Below, piece after piece: positions 1 to 13,780 of a DNA stretch of 64,000 bases. The notes under the pieces are model-generated. The model was not told the DNA's origin. It saw only the letters and a list, made by a program, of their open reading frames with translations, and searched no databases. The translations under genes were made by a program, and so were the position numbers. Location: the NCBI RefSeq assembly GCF_018350175.1, contig NC_058368.1:160520001-160584000 (forward strand), in the 5' to 3' direction. The DNA is from Felis catus (lineage: Eukaryota). Position 1 is the first letter of the stretch; each line of letters starts with the position of its first letter.

Positions 1-695
1 TTTTCTTTTCTTTTGTTTCAATGTTTCCTCTAATTTCTTTGAAGACCCAGTGGTTGTTGAATAACATGTTGTTGAACCTCCAAATATTTATGTTTTTCTT
101 TCAGTTGTCTTGTAATTGTTTTCTATTTTCATACTGTTGTGGTCAGAAATGATGGTTGATATGATTTCAACCTTCTTGAATTTATTGAGACTTATTTTGT
201 GGCTTAACATGTGAACCGTCCTGGAGAATGTTGCATGTGTCCTTGAAAAGAATATGTATTCTCCTGCTTTTGGATGTAATGTTCTGAATATATCTGTTAA
301 GTCCACCTGGTCCAGTATGTTATTTAAAGCCATTGTTTCCTTATTGAATTTCTGTCTGGATGATCTATCCATTGATATAAGTAGTGTTTTAAAGTCCCTG
401 CTATTATTGTAGTGCTGTTAATATCCCCCTTTAGGTATGTTAATATTTTCTTTATATATTTTGGTTCTTGTATATTGGGTGCATATATATTTATAAATGT
501 TGAATATTCTTGCTGGATTGGTCTCTTTATCAGTATGCAATGCCCTTCTTTGTCTTTTGTTACAATCTTTGTTTTAAAGTCTATTTTGTCTGAGATAATT
601 ATTGCTACTCCAACTTTCTTTTTTCCTCCCATTTTCATAGAATATTGAGAATATTTTCCCATTTCTTTCAGTCTCTGTGTATTCTTAAATCCAAG
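1..695 (-). mobile_element. Older LINE-1, ORF2 endonuclease region (decayed; left part of an element that resumes at 2816)
   Basis: ORFs 324..662 (-) 'KKVGVAIIISDKIDFKTK...INIYAPN' and 88..372 (-) 'LDQVDLTDIFRTLHPK...SDHN' are recognisable L1 ORF2 endonuclease motifs split by frameshifts. Confidence 0.95.
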
Positions 696-2370
696 AATAA
701 ATGTGTGTTAAAATGTCAATACTACCCAAAGCAATCTACACATTCAATGCAATCCCCATCAAAATTGCACTGACATTTTCCTCAGAGCTAGAACAATCCT
801 AAAATTTGTATGGAACCACAAAAGACTCTGAATAACCAAAGCATTGTTGAAAAAGAAAACCAAAGTGGGAAGCATCACAATCTCAGACTTTAGCCTCTAC
901 TACAAAGCTGTAATCATCAAGACTATATGGTATTGGCACAGAAACCGAGACATAGACCAATGGAATACAATGAAGAACCCAGAAGTGGACCCACAAATGT
1001 ATGGCCAACTAATCTTTGACAAAGCAGGAAAGAGTATCCAATGGAAAAAAGAGTCTCTTTAGTAAATGGTGCTGGGAGAACTGGACAGCAAAATGCAGAA
1101 AAATGAAATTAGACCACCTGGTTACACTGTACACAAAAATAAACTCAAAATGAATGGAAGACCTAAATACTAGACAGGAAACCACCAAAGCCCTAGAGGA
1201 CAAAACAGGCAACAACTTCTTTGACTTCCGCCGCAGCAATTTCTTGCCTGACATGTCTCCAAAGGCAAGGGAGATAAAAGCAAAAATGAACTATTGGGAT
1301 CTCATCAAGGTAAAAAGCTTCTGCATTGCAAAGGAAACAATCAACAAAACTAAAAGGCAACCAACAGAATGGGAAAAGATATTTGCAAATGACATGTCGG
1401 ATAAAGGGTTAGTATTCAAAATCTATAAAGAACTTACCAAACTCAACACCTAAAAAACAAATAATCCAGTGAAGAAATGGGCAGAAGAATGAATAGACAC
1501 TTTTCCAAAGAAGACATCCAGATGGCAAACATACACATGAAAAGATGCTCAATGTCACTCATCATCAGGGAACTATAAATCATAACCACATTGAGATACC
1601 ACCTCACACCAGTCTGAGTGGCTACAATTAACAACTCAGGCAACAACAGATGTTGGCAAGGATGTGGAGAAACGGGAACTCTCTTGCACTGTTGATGGGA
1701 ATGCAAACTGGTGCAGCCATTCTGGAAAACAGCGTGGAGGTTACTAAAAAAAAAAAAAAAATAGAACTACCCTACAACCCAGGAATATCACTTCTAGGAA
1801 TTTACCCAAAGGATACAAGAGTGTTGATGCATAGGGGCTCAATGTTTATAGCAGTGCTTTCAACAGTAGCCAAATTATGGAAAGAGCCTAAATGTCCATA
1901 AACTGATGAATGGATAAAGAAGATGTGGTTTGTATATACAATGGAATACTACTCGGCAATGAGAGAGAATGAAATCGAGCCATTTGCAACAATGTGGATG
2001 GAGCTGGAGGGTATTATGCTAAGTGAAATAAGTCAGTCAGAGAAAGCCAGGTATCATGTGTCTTTCACTCATATGTGGAACTTGAGAAACTTAACAGAAG
2101 GCCATGAGGGAATGAAAGGGGGAAAGTAACAGAGAGGAAGGGAGGCAAATCATAAGGGACTCTTAAATACAGAGAACAAACTGAGGGTTTTGGGGGGGGC
2201 ACGGGGGAGAAGGGAAAATGAGTGATGGGCATTGAAGAAAACACTTGTTGGGATGAGCACTGGGTGTTGTATGTGATGAATCACAGGAATCTACTCCCCA
2301 AACCAAGAGCACACTGTATACATACACTGTATGTTAGCCAATTTGTCAATAAATTATATTTAAAGAAAAA
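696..2370 (+). mobile_element. 5'-truncated younger carnivore LINE-1 (ORF2 C-terminal part, 3' UTR, short A tail)
   Basis: ORF fragments '[23 protein letters not shown]', 'KSFCIAKETINKTKRQPTEWEKIFAN' and 'MEYYSAMRENE...MWMELEGIMLSEISQ' are L1 ORF2 C-terminal motifs with stops and frameshifts. G-rich 3' UTR, AATAAA at 2348-2353, A-rich end near 2362-2370. Confidence 0.95.
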
Positions 2371-2815
2371 GCATATGGTTGAATAGAGATGGTGTGCATG
2401 TCTACCTTAAAGTTCTGTCAGGAAAGGTGAATGGGGAGTGGATGTCAGGGAGGCAACCAATCGTCTCCAATATACCTGATTGACAGGAGGAAGCCAAATT
2501 AGGTGAAGTTCTAATGTGTGGGGTTTTTTTTTTTTCCCCCAATGGCTGTGGGAAGCAATTTTTTTTTCTTTTCTTGTTTTTTTTTTTTTTTGGCTTTTGA
2601 ATGTAAATGAAGAAGCATGTAGCCTGGGTTCCTACTGACAACGGAGAGAGTCATTCTGAAAATGAAGCTAGCCATAGGGCCAAAGCACAGGGATTCAAAG
2701 AGAAATGGATAATTAGAGCTGGAATCCTGACTAATCTATGTGTGAGGGCTGGACTTAGACTTTTCAGGTACCCAAACCATTACTGCTTAGGCTAAAAAAG
2801 AAAAAAAGAAAAAAG
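2371..2815 (+). other. Non-L1 segment ending in an A-rich tail; probable 3'-transduced flank carried by the upstream L1
   Basis: Lies between the L1 A-rich end and a second A-rich tract (2794-2814), after which the interrupted older L1 resumes. About 2610-2790 resembles an ancient MLT1-type LTR fragment. Confidence 0.65.
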
Positions 2816-5800
2816 TCACTCTCTTGCAGGCAGTACATAGATAAGTCTTGTTTTATTATCCATTCAGCCACTATATGTCTTTTGATTGGAGAGTGTAATA
2901 CATTGACATTTAATTATTCATAAGAATGTACTTATTGTTATTTTGTTGATTGTTTTCTTGCTGTTTTGTTCTCTGTTTTTTCATTCTTCTCTTTCTCTTT
3001 TCCCTTGTGATATGACGTCTTTCTTTAGTGTTATATTTAGATTCATTTCTCACTTTGTTTTGTGTATTTGTTTTGTGTATAAGTTTTGGCTTTGTGGTTA
3101 CATGTGAAGTGTTCATATATAACATCATACATGTATAACAGTCTTTTCTAGGTTGATCACTTAAATACATTTCTAAACTCTAAATGTTTACTTCTCTTAA
3201 GTTTATGATGTCACATTTTGCCTCATTTTATTTTATCTATCTCATAATTATTGTAGTTTTAGCTAATTTAACTACTTATGTCTTTTTTTTATCTTCGTGC
3301 TAGCTTTATAAGTGATTTATCTACTATCTGTATTATGTATTTACCTATCCAGTGAGATTTTTACTTTTGTATATTTTCTTGTTAATTAATGTTGTTCCTT
3401 TTTTAGCTCAAAGAATTCCCTTGAACTTTTCTTGTAAAATTGGGTTCGTGGTGATGAACTCTTTTAGCTTTAACTTTTCTGGAAAACTTTTTATCTCCCC
3501 TTCAATTCTGAATCACAACCTTCCTGGGTAAAGAGTACTCTTGGTTAGAAGTTTGTTCTATTGAGATGTGTGAATCTGTCATACCACAACCTTCTCTGGG
3601 CTGCAGAGTTTCTGCTCAAATATTTGCTAGTAATCTAATGGGTTTTCCTTGTATGTAATGAGTTGCTGCTTTTAAAATTATCTCTTTTTTTTTTAAATTT
3701 TGACATTTTACTTATAATGTGTCTTGGCATAGATCTGTTTTAGTTCAATTTGTTTGGAACTCTCTGGACTTTCCTATACCTGGATTTCTGTTTCCTATCC
3801 CAGATTAAGCAACTTTTTAGTCATTGTTTCCTCAAATAAGTTTTCTGCATCTTTCTCTCTTTCCTCTCTTTCTGGGATGCCCATAATGTGAATGTTAGTC
3901 TCTTTGATGTTTTCCCTTAGGTCTTCACTTTTTAAAGTTTATATTTCTTTTTCCTACTCTGTCTGGGTGACTTCTAGTGCTTTGTCTTCCAAATTGCTGA
4001 TCTGTTTCATCTGATCTGATATGGAACTCTTATAGTATATTTTTCAGTTCAGTTATTCTGTGACTTCTTTGATACTGTCTTATATACTCTCTTTTTTCAA
4101 GTTCTCACTGTGTTCACCCATACTCATGAGTTTGGTGAGTACCTTTATGACCATTACTTTGAATTCTTTATAAGGTAGATTACTTATCTCCGTACCTACA
4201 AGGTCTTTTTCTGAGATTTCATCTTGTTCTCTTGTTCCGAACATTTCTTTGTGTCCTCATTATGTTTGCTTTTCTGTGTTTTTTTTTTTTCTGTGTAATA
4301 AGTGAAATAGCTACCTCATTCAGTCTTGATGGAATGTCCTTCTGTAGGTGATAAAACTTCTTGCTCAACCTTGCTATAGTTCTTTGTTGTCTCTTTAACC
4401 TTTGTAGTTGTCTAAACAGCGTGATTTATTGTTGATAAGTCCCTGTTGTTGAAGGTGTGCCAAGACCTGTCAGTTGCCCAAAGGAAGGGATCTCATTTAA
4501 CACAGCAGCTTTTAAAGTATGCAAATATATACAGCCCTGTGGTGCCATACTCATACTCTCTATTGACCTCCACACCATTTGATCTGGAGGTTCCCTCAGA
4601 TCAAACGGCAGGTTCCAGTTAAATGTATTAGCTCTTTCCTGAGAGGTCTTGTTGAATTGTAGTGAGGTGTACAAGGGTAATGTCACCCTGCTTATGTTCT
4701 CTGCAAGCCACTCCATATTCTCAAAATGTGAGGAAATCTGGATCCTGCCCCTCAGGCTGAAGCAGCAGGTTTAATAAATAAACATTTTCCCAGGAAGATT
4801 GGGGTTATGTTTCAGTCTTTTATCTGTGCAGTGCCCTAGGAATGTTAGCCTGCCAAGAACTGTGATTCTAATTTTCACAGTGACTTAGAACTCAAGAATG
4901 CCAGCCTCCTTGCCCACCAGGGCCAGGTGAACAAGGGACATCCCCTGTGTGGTTTGCATGTCTCTGCCAGCTTTACCAGGTAATCTGGAGAGTGTAGTGG
5001 AACAGGCAGACAGTCGATGGCTCCAGAAAGGCAGAGGAAAAATGCTTTGACTGAATGCACCCACAGGCCACCTGGATGCTGCTGGCAAGAGTGCACATGC
5101 ATCTGTGCACATGTATTGGCCCCAGGTTGGGAGCAAGGGGATGCCATGGCTGTGCTTACATGCCCCAGCCAGAGTGGAGGATTAGTATGACTGCCTAAAC
5201 TCTCCAGCCTCAGCAGAGCAGTGAGATAATGCGGTGACCACTCATTCCTCCCAACCCAGTGGGGCAGTGGGAAGGTACGGCATCCCAGAAGGGCTACTAG
5301 CAGTAACAGGATAGATGGAGAGTGCACAGAAGGCATCTGCTAGCCTTCCATCTCCAGAGAGATCCCAAACTTTCCCCTGACCCTCAAGCACATGCCCCCA
5401 CAACAGCAAATAAGACCCCTTCACATATAGTATGGGTGTTTTTCAAATTGTTGCTTTTGGACTGTATCCCAGGGTGAGTGAGATGTATATGAGTCTTGTA
5501 AAAGGAGAGTCTTAGTTTCCTATAGCACTCTAGGTCTCTCAGAAGTTAGTCCCATTGGTTTGCTAAGAGAGATGTTTTGAGGAGCTCATCTCTCTGGTGT
5601 AGATCCCAAGGATTGGGGTGTTTGATGTGGACCATTACCCCCTCACTCCTCCAGAAGTGCTACACTGGTATGATTCCTTCCTATTGTATGTTGCCACACT
5701 TGGTATGGCATTTTGTGCTAAGATCCTGTCTCTACCTCTTCCACCCATCTAAATGAGGTTCTTTTATTCTTCGTTGTGGGGAAGTACTTCATCTAGTTTT

Positions 5801-5855
5801 TATATATTTTTTCAGAGAGAACTGATCCATATGTAGCTATAGATCTGTTGTATAC
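2816..5855 (-). mobile_element. Older LINE-1, continuation: ORF2 start, inter-ORF region, ORF1 and 5' UTR (decayed)
   Basis: 'TCACTCTCTTGCAGGCAGTACATAGATAAGTCTTG...CCATTCAGCCACT' continues the antisense L1 text that broke at 695. T-rich antisense ORF1-like sequence follows, then a GC-richer 5'UTR-like region from about 4400. Confidence 0.85.
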
Positions 5856-5969
5856 TTTGTCTCTCACATTTTTAAAAATATTTATTTATTAAAATTCAAA
5901 TTTGTTGCATTTAAGTTAAAATTTATCAACATTGACTCACGTCTTGAGCTCTAAATTAAAACCTCACTT

Positions 5970-6170
5970 GGGGGTTCCTGGATGGCTCAGTTGGTTACAA
6001 GTCCAATTCTTCGTTTCGGCTCAGGTCATGATCTCACAGTTCATGAGTTCAAGCACCACATTGGACTCTGCTCTGACAGTGCAGAGCTTCCTTGGGATTC
6101 TCTCTCCTTCCCTCTCTGCCCCTACCTCTCTCTCTCTCCCTCTTTCAAAATAAATAAACTTAAGACAAAA
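5970..6170 (+). mobile_element. CanSINE (tRNA-derived carnivore SINE)
   Basis: GGGG head, A-box 'TGGCTCAGTTGG', 'TCAGGTCATGATCTCACAG', CT-rich segment, AATAAA and A tail. Confidence 0.95.
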
Positions 6171-6184
6171 AACAAACTTCAATT

Positions 6185-6398
6185 GGGGTGCCTGGGTGGC
6201 TCAGTTGGTTTAAGTATCCAACTCTTAATCTGGTCTCAGGTCATGAACTCGAGGTTAATGGGATCGAGTCTCACATTGGGCTCTGAGCTGACAGCTCAGA
6301 GTCTGCTTGGGATTCTCCGTCTCTCTCTCTGCCCCTCCTCTTCTAGTGTGCATATGCATGCTCTCTGTCTCTCTCAAAATAAATAAAGTTAAAAAAAA
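6185..6398 (+). mobile_element. CanSINE, tandem to the previous copy
   Basis: 'GGGGTGCCTGGGTGGCTCAGTTGG' head, CT-rich body, AAATAAATAAA and A tail. Confidence 0.95.
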
Positions 6399-7055
6399 TC
6401 ACTAAGAAAAAAACTTTTCTAAGAAAGCTATTTAACTTCAAACAAGATGAATTAACACCCACTGTGAGCCATTTTTATAACTATATAAAGAATTTTTCAA
6501 TTACTTCAGTGCTATAGCCAGAAGAGTTAAAATGAAAAGTACAAATGAGAACATAATTGGCACTGAAATTAAAAAAACATAGTTATATACTGTCTACACT
6601 CATAAGATGTCATAACGAGTTATCACAGTGACTCAAAAGTATAAGTCTGTTGAGAGGCCATATATCCTAATCAGATGGAAACTCTTTCCACAATAATCTC
6701 TAGTAAGCATTTTGAACATTTCTAAGAATAAGTATTTCATTACCTTCTCAGACATTTCCTTCCATTGTTGGGTATCCAATATTATTAGAGGGTTTTCCTT
6801 TATGTTGACATAAAATATTTAATTTTACAACTTCTCCACATCCCTACCTTTTGTTTGGATACATACAAAGCACAACACACTTACTCTTTATTGAACATTT
6901 GTAAAGCACATTTTCACTGCTGCACCAAGATGGCTGTTGATAGTTGAGGAATCTTTTTTGAAGTTAGATTTGGTACTCCAGAAGTAGCTAATTTAGACCA
7001 AGAGGCTTGATCTCATTGGCAAAGCGTAGGTATACTCCTTATATTATTCGACATA

Positions 7056-7277
7056 TTTTTTAATGTTTATTTTTGAGACAGAGAGAGAGAGACAGAGAGA
7101 CAGATAGAGCATGAGCAGGGTAGGGGCAGAGAGAGAGACACATACAGAATCCCAAGCAGACTCCAGAGTCTGAGCTGCCAGCCCAGAGCCCTATGTGGGG
7201 CTCAAACTCCCGAGCTGTGAGATCATGACTTAGGCTGAAGTCCAGTTGATTAACCAACTGAGCCACCCAGGAGCCCC
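7056..7277 (-). mobile_element. CanSINE
   Basis: Antisense head 'CTGAGCCACCCAGGAGCCCC', (GA)n body and T tail; degenerate TSD TATTCGACAT/TGTTCAACAT. Confidence 0.95.
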
Positions 7278-7989
7278 TGTTCAACATCTTGATCTTTGGT
7301 TTCCTCTTTCATGTCTATTCATGTCTAAAGGTTATCCTCTCTGAAAGAAAAGATAAAAGCAATATAGCAAGAGGAAAAATACAACGGTGTCATCCATTAT
7401 TATTGCAGTAGTCATAAATGGGCTGTGCTCTGGAAGGAAAAGAATACATGCACAAATCCACTCTTGTGCAGTATCAGGTCAGGAAGTGTAGTTCTGTACT
7501 GTCCTCCTCTTTTGCCTTAATTAAACTAAAATTTTTCTTTGTATTGCCATAATTATTAATCACAATTCTAACTTATTCAGAAATCATACTTGATACTAGT
7601 GATATGCTTAAAAATCTAGGCTGACTTTTAAATTTCTTCTTGAATATACATTGTATTGAAAACTGACATGGGCAGTTTAGACAGGCACAGTTAGTAAATT
7701 CTTTTGGGGGTAGATATGACTAACTTTCAATAATTAGACATAGAAGAGGCTATTGTCATCCCTTCAACCCAGATTAAACTCTGACACACATTCTGCTGTT
7801 AACTAGCAAATAGACAAAATTAAATGACTTATGTGACCTGGATGACTTCCGATGATCAATCCTTTTAGGACTCAAATAGCATCTGGCCTGTAGACCTAAG
7901 ACAAATTTAACATAATTTTAGTAGCAGGATTTGTCTTTATAGACTCAGACAATGACCCTCTGAATTAGTGTAAGGATATAGGTATATTT

Positions 7990-9160
7990 AAAATTCGAGG
8001 ATTAAGTAAATGGATGGTAAATGGTGCTAACTAGGTTTCTCACACTGTCAGGGAGGTTTCAAATAAGCAAGGCAGGAGGGTAAAATGACTTATATGGTGC
8101 TGAATTAGCATTGAAGACACTAATATGAATGAATGTTTAACTTAACATTAATACTGCTTGGTAGATATATAAATTACAAGCATGTCCATATTCCACAGGG
8201 TGGTATTTATATACATATTTCCTAGCTCTGTCCACTTAGGGGGTCTAAAAGCAATGATCCTCCAGTGGCAGTGAGACTACTTGATCATATCTTTGTTTCT
8301 GGTGTCATTCTCCAATGAAAGAAAACAATGCTCTGTAGATAAAATGGCTGGTTCTAAGACTTGGGCAGGAAATACATAAAATAAGCTTAGAGCATCTTTT
8401 ACAGTTAGAAAGTAAGGAAGTACTCAACAAATAAAGCAATGTGGTATATTAAAGAGATGGAGGAGAGCCAACAGGAAGAACTCCCAATGGCTAAAACTTG
8501 AACAATTTGAGTAACAACAACAACAAAAGGTAGTAATAGATTATAATTCAAATTATATAATAAATATGCATGAGTCCATAGTGATATAAATAACTGATTA
8601 TATTAAGTAAACAGATGAGAAAGAAGAAACATCTTTCTCATACATAAAAATTCCAAATAATTTATGTAGATATATTCCTTTCCCAAAGATGATGACACAT
8701 AACTTTCAACTCCTTATTTGTGAGTATATTGATTGACTTTCTTCCAAACAGTATAGTATAGAAAGGGGAAAAATTAACTTTATGGTGGAAAATCTAGAAA
8801 ACACTAATTTAGCCAGGTGATCAAGATTAACATCATTAGTGATAAATATACTGATAGCATAGGTCCTTGATATGTGTTGAAAATGGTACTTCATATATGT
8901 GGTCTTCTATCCTGAAACCCATAACTTCTCTCTAACCATGAGAAAACATCATCCAAACATAGTTGAAAGGCATCTACAAAATACTTAGCCAGGATTCAAA
9001 ACTGTCAAAATCATCAAAACCAGATAAAAAAAGGTAGGAAATTGTCATGGCACAAAAAAGCTTAAGGATGCATGACAACTAAATGTCATATGGTATCTTG
9101 GGTGGAACCCTGGAACAGAAAAAGTACAGTAGGCAAAAACTAATGAAATCTAAATACAGT
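7990..9160 (+). mobile_element. Ancient LINE-1 3' end (L1MC/L1MD-like)
   Basis: Resembles recalled L1MC 3' UTR text, e.g. 'TGGGCAGGAAATACATAAAATAAGCTTAGAGCATC', 'CTAACCATGAGAAAACATCA', 'GGAACCCTGGAACAGAAAAAG'. Confidence 0.75.
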
Positions 9161-9163
9161 GTA

Positions 9164-9188
9164 TGTGTGTGTGTGTGTGTGTGTGTGT
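9164..9188. repeat. (TG)n microsatellite
   Basis: Read directly from the sequence. Confidence 0.95.
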
Positions 9189-9959
9189 TTCCATATATAT
9201 CTATGTCTATATCTGCATGTATGCATATTAAACCTTTTAATGTCAATGTAAACATATATGTGTATATACTTATCAGATTTTGTTTTATACATCATCTAGT
9301 GAAGAAAACCTCTAGTGAAGTTTCACACCATTTCTTTTTTCTAGAACAAATCTTTTTCTCAATAAATCTTGAAAAACTAATTTTACCAATAAAACCCCAT
9401 TACTAATATACATTATGCTAATTAATAAAAATTCTCATAAAGTTAGTCAAAGCACTTGTTAATCTTTAAAGTGATATATACCTTTATAGTATAGATTTCC
9501 AGTTATGTTTACTAAATGTCCCATAAATATGTATTGAAGCTCTGGAAACACACACACACAAACACTCATATCCACTGTCTATGCTGAGGAGTTTTACAAA
9601 AAATTATGCATATCATAATGCTCTTATTTTTCTCTTATTTTTTGAGGTTATCTCTTTTTATACATAACATTTCCACAGAGCGTTTTGTGCAGCCTCATCT
9701 ATTTCTTTAGACACATTTGTCATGCTTTATTAGGTGTGATTAGTCATGACTACCAGTCAAGACTTTGTTTCAGAGAATTTCCTAACTATGTTTTCACTTT
9801 CACATGCAGACTTTGCCCATATTAGCCATTTTGCTGTCATATACTATAAGACACCAAGTTGTCTTTCACAAAAGGTTCTTGTAATATTTCTCCCCCAATT
9901 GGAACTTGTCTTTATATTCATGTTATGCCAAGAAAGGTAGTTAATTTATTTAGTATTTT

Positions 9960-10132
9960 GTTTTGAAATTGAGATATAATTGACATATAACACTGTATGA
10001 GTTTAAAGTGTACAAAGTGTTGATTTGATATATTTATATATTGCAATATAATCACTCCTGAAGTGTCAGCTAACACCTCTATTACTTCACATAATTACCA
10101 TTTCTTTTTTGTGATGAGAACTTTCAAGATCT
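9960..10132 (-). mobile_element. Short L1MA-like 3' end fragment
   Basis: 'TTGAGATATAATTGACATATAACACTGT...CATAATTACCATTTCTTTTTTGTGATGAGAACTTTCAAGATCT' is typical antisense L1MA 3' terminal sequence. Confidence 0.8.
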
Positions 10133-10224
10133 TTCTTATTTTCCCTTTCTACCTTGTCAGATATAATTTTCAACCTGTCAAATTTTTCAGATGTTTTATA
10201 TTTATCCAGATGAGATACTCTTCT

Positions 10225-10890
10225 ATGTATTCCTTCATTAAATTTTTTGAAAGATTTACTATATATGGTAAACATAACTGAGTTACACACCTTGCCACCA
10301 AAAGGTTTTAGCTTAATGTGTGGGTGGAGACAGGTAATAAACAGATAGTAATTATACTATGTGACAAAATTTAGGGTAAAGGTGTGTATTAGTGTTTATG
10401 AAAAGTTATTCAAAGAGTTTCTATACCAGCCTTTCTGGGAGTGATTGGTTATAGACAGCTTTGAGTACTTTCCCAGAGGAGGGGTCACTTGAAATGAGTC
10501 TGAAAATATAAAGTGTGATGGATGGGAATATATGGAAGAGACAATGCAGGGTGAACTTTAGTTCAATGTTAAGAAATGCTCTGGGATGCAATTAGATGAG
10601 GAAATGAAGGTTGGATGTAATTGAAGAGTAGCAAGAGATGAGACTGCAAAGGGAAGCAGAGAATATATCATGATAGGTTTTCTATGTCATGTTAAAAAGT
10701 TTGAGTTATGTCAGGGACTTGACATAATCAGGTTTGTGTATTATAAAACTCATTCTAGGAATAATAAAGAGACACGATTGAAAAGGGCATAGTAAGAATC
10801 AGGCAGAACACAGCTGTTACCACTAAGATTTAGTTGAAAAATGATGAGGTAATGAATTATAACAATGGAAATATGAATGGAAAATGAATC
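10225..10890 (-). mobile_element. L2 LINE relic
   Basis: Starts with a degenerate ATTC-type L2 tail and continues with purine-rich antisense L2-like text; highly diverged. Confidence 0.55.
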
Positions 10891-12714
10891 TCCAGTGTCA
10901 ATCATCATACCCATTAAAGTAAGCACCTAAAAACTTTAATAAGTGCATTAATGAATAAAATTAAGAAATTTAAGGTACATATTTGGATAGGCATGTAGAA
11001 TGTCTGACTTTGATTGCATGAGTTGCAATGATGACAATTTTGACGTAAGCACAGGTAGACGTAGAAGAGCCAAGTGGCAGGAAATTTAAAGGAACATATT
11101 TCCAGCAAAGAGAAAACTATTGTTCTTAGGACTCTAATGGTTCCAGAAATACTTTTTAAGACATAAATCTTAGATTACTCATATCTGAGAAATACATACA
11201 CTACCATAAAAATACATATTTATGTTCTCTTATGTCCACCAAAATGATATTTTCTGGTTTATAAATTTCCATATAAATATCATATTACAGTCTAACATAC
11301 AATACTCCTCTGCTTTCTTCCTAGTCTCTCTGCCTCTTTTTCCTTCTTCTTTAAACCTGTGTACATCATTAGCCATGTGTTCTACTAGTCTATCCTGAAT
11401 ATAACTTGCAGGACTTTAATCTGTGCCTACAACTTCTAACCTGTTTGGACTACCTAGGGAAAAGAACCAGGCCAAGCATTCAAGTCTGTTTTGATTTGAC
11501 AAGCTGCCAATCCAGTTACAGCATTTCACAGTGTCTGAAAGTATGGGCCAGTAGAGCCTGGAAACATCAGTGCCCACTACGTAACACTATCCCACCTCCA
11601 TGTTCCTAAGCGTGTCTCAGAAAAAGGTAAATGGACACAAGGAAAGCCTTAAAGAACTCTACTTCTACCATGAAAGTTAGGAGGATCCATTGCGGATTTG
11701 TCAGCAGCTCTCTTTTAAAGTCTTTGAATTTAGCAGACATGTTCAAAGGGAACACTGTGAAGACAAATTGTTAGATTTAACCTAATCTTCCTGCACTTCA
11801 CATTTCTACAAAATGTCTTCAAGCTTTCTTGTTTTTTATTTGCTCTGTTAGGCTTCTGTCTACTTGATTTGGCTTCCCCCAAGGTTTTGTTTTTTGCTTT
11901 AAAACTGGTGTTCTCCATCCTCCTTAGGTATGATATGAACAGTCACTACCTTTTCTCATCTCTCATAAGATCTGGCTTGATCTTATTCCTCCATGGATTG
12001 GCCCTAACTCTCTTAGGCCAGCCTATGCTTCTGCAATTACCCTCTGGAGGACAAGGCAGGACAAGAGCGTTATGGAAATGATGGAGAGGAAATGTCTTTT
12101 ACATACAAGAACTGCTTTTAAAAGTATTCCTTCTAGATGCCAATCATTGTTTCATGGAAAATAAAAGCTGATGAAATGAAAGTACCTGTTTTTATAGTCA
12201 CCAGGTTAATGATACTGGATTTGGACTAGTCAAAACTGAAGAATCTCTTTGGTATTGCTATTAGCTGATATATAGATGATTTGAAAACAAAAACTGATTC
12301 AACCATATATTTATTGTCTCAGTAGCATAATCTTACCTGTATAGCTTATAATTTTAAAATATCCATTTACAGATAAGGAAATGAGTTTTATGGTAATATA
12401 CAACTTGATTAAGGTCACTCAATATTTATATATGGTTCAGCCTTTCTACCCCCTCTGAACTAGGAATCTGTTAACATGAGTTCATATTTCTAATTCACAT
12501 ACATATTTCATCATAATAAACAGACTCTGTATATGTTAAGACTTAAAATGTTGACTGTGATATGCATTTTAAGATTTAACATATACTTCTCCTAATTTAA
12601 AAGTGATGGTACCTTTTGTACAGGTGAATTGTCTTTAGAAATAAGATTATATTTAGTTCCAAACCCTAAAATCATGAATGGATTATGAACTTACTCTGAG
12701 CATTGAAAGGCAAC

Positions 12715-12950
12715 AAAGCATAAGACTTAAAAATTTAGTCTTGAACTTGATTACCCAGGTCAGTTTCTGGGATTGCCACCTGTTAGCTGTGTGACTTTTA
12801 TAAACTTTTTGTGTCTAGTTTTTTTTTTTCATGTATAAATTAGGAATAAAGTATCTTTCTTAGAAAGTTGTTACAAATATCAAATAAGATGCAAATATCA
12901 AGCCACTGGCCCATAGAAAATGATACCTAGATGTGCTCGTTAAATAATTA
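12715..12950 (+). mobile_element. MIR SINE relic
   Basis: 'GCCACCTGTTAGCTGTGTGAC' followed by a degenerate MIR core. Confidence 0.65.
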
Positions 12951-13780
12951 AGAAAATGCTTTACCATAAAACATTGTACAGAGTTAATGATGAGAGATGT
13001 TCTGTTAAAGTAGTGGCAATTTCCTTCAACTTGGAATAATACTCAGATTCCTAATATTGAGAGACGACAACAAGGCATTCTAATAAAATTAGAATTTCAA
13101 TGTTATTTTCTTTCTAAATATGTTGATTTTATAACTCAGATTTCTATGTGTATATTACTAATATTTTTATTATCTGTTTAAAATGTAATATATTGTAACA
13201 TACAAGTAAAAATAATAATAATGTGGTCAAGAAAACCAATAGGACTGACCACATTGCTTATTCATAAAATTTGATTTATAGCAATTATTATCAGTGTTGT
13301 TTAGTTTCATATGTAGTGTCTTATCAACAAATAGTATGACTCTTAAAGGTCAAATATGAAATAAAAAATATATTGTGCATCTGCTAGTTCATTGTATTTT
13401 AAATGGCAAAGTGGTTGGCAATTGCTTTATTGAAAATTTAATTTCCTTTTCATATCTTTCATCCTCTGTGGTTATATAAATGGCTGTATTTGCAATCGTG
13501 TCTTTTCACAGATAAAAGTCCTTTGGGTTCAGTCATTGGTTAAACTTTTAAAATAAGTACTGTTAAGAGAATTATATATACCATATTTTTCCCATTTACT
13601 TAATCCAATTATGGCCAAATTATTTATATTACTGAAACTTAACTTTCTCTATCAAGTCCTTTTACATTGCTGCTATTTGAAATTTGTTTTCTTCATTGCT
13701 GTACTGGTTTTTCCTTTTATTATCATGGCTGAAGAACTATGTAGAAAAAATGTATATAAAATAAGATGACCTTATTTTCC

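Noticed and set aside
844..2129. L1 ORF2-like ORFs as a functional CDS
   Set aside because: 5'-truncated and broken by several stops and frameshifts, so annotated as a dead mobile element.
4875..5336. 153-aa minus-strand ORF with a signal-peptide-like start
   Set aside because: Lies inside the GC-richer 5' UTR of the decayed L1 and has no recognisable homology.
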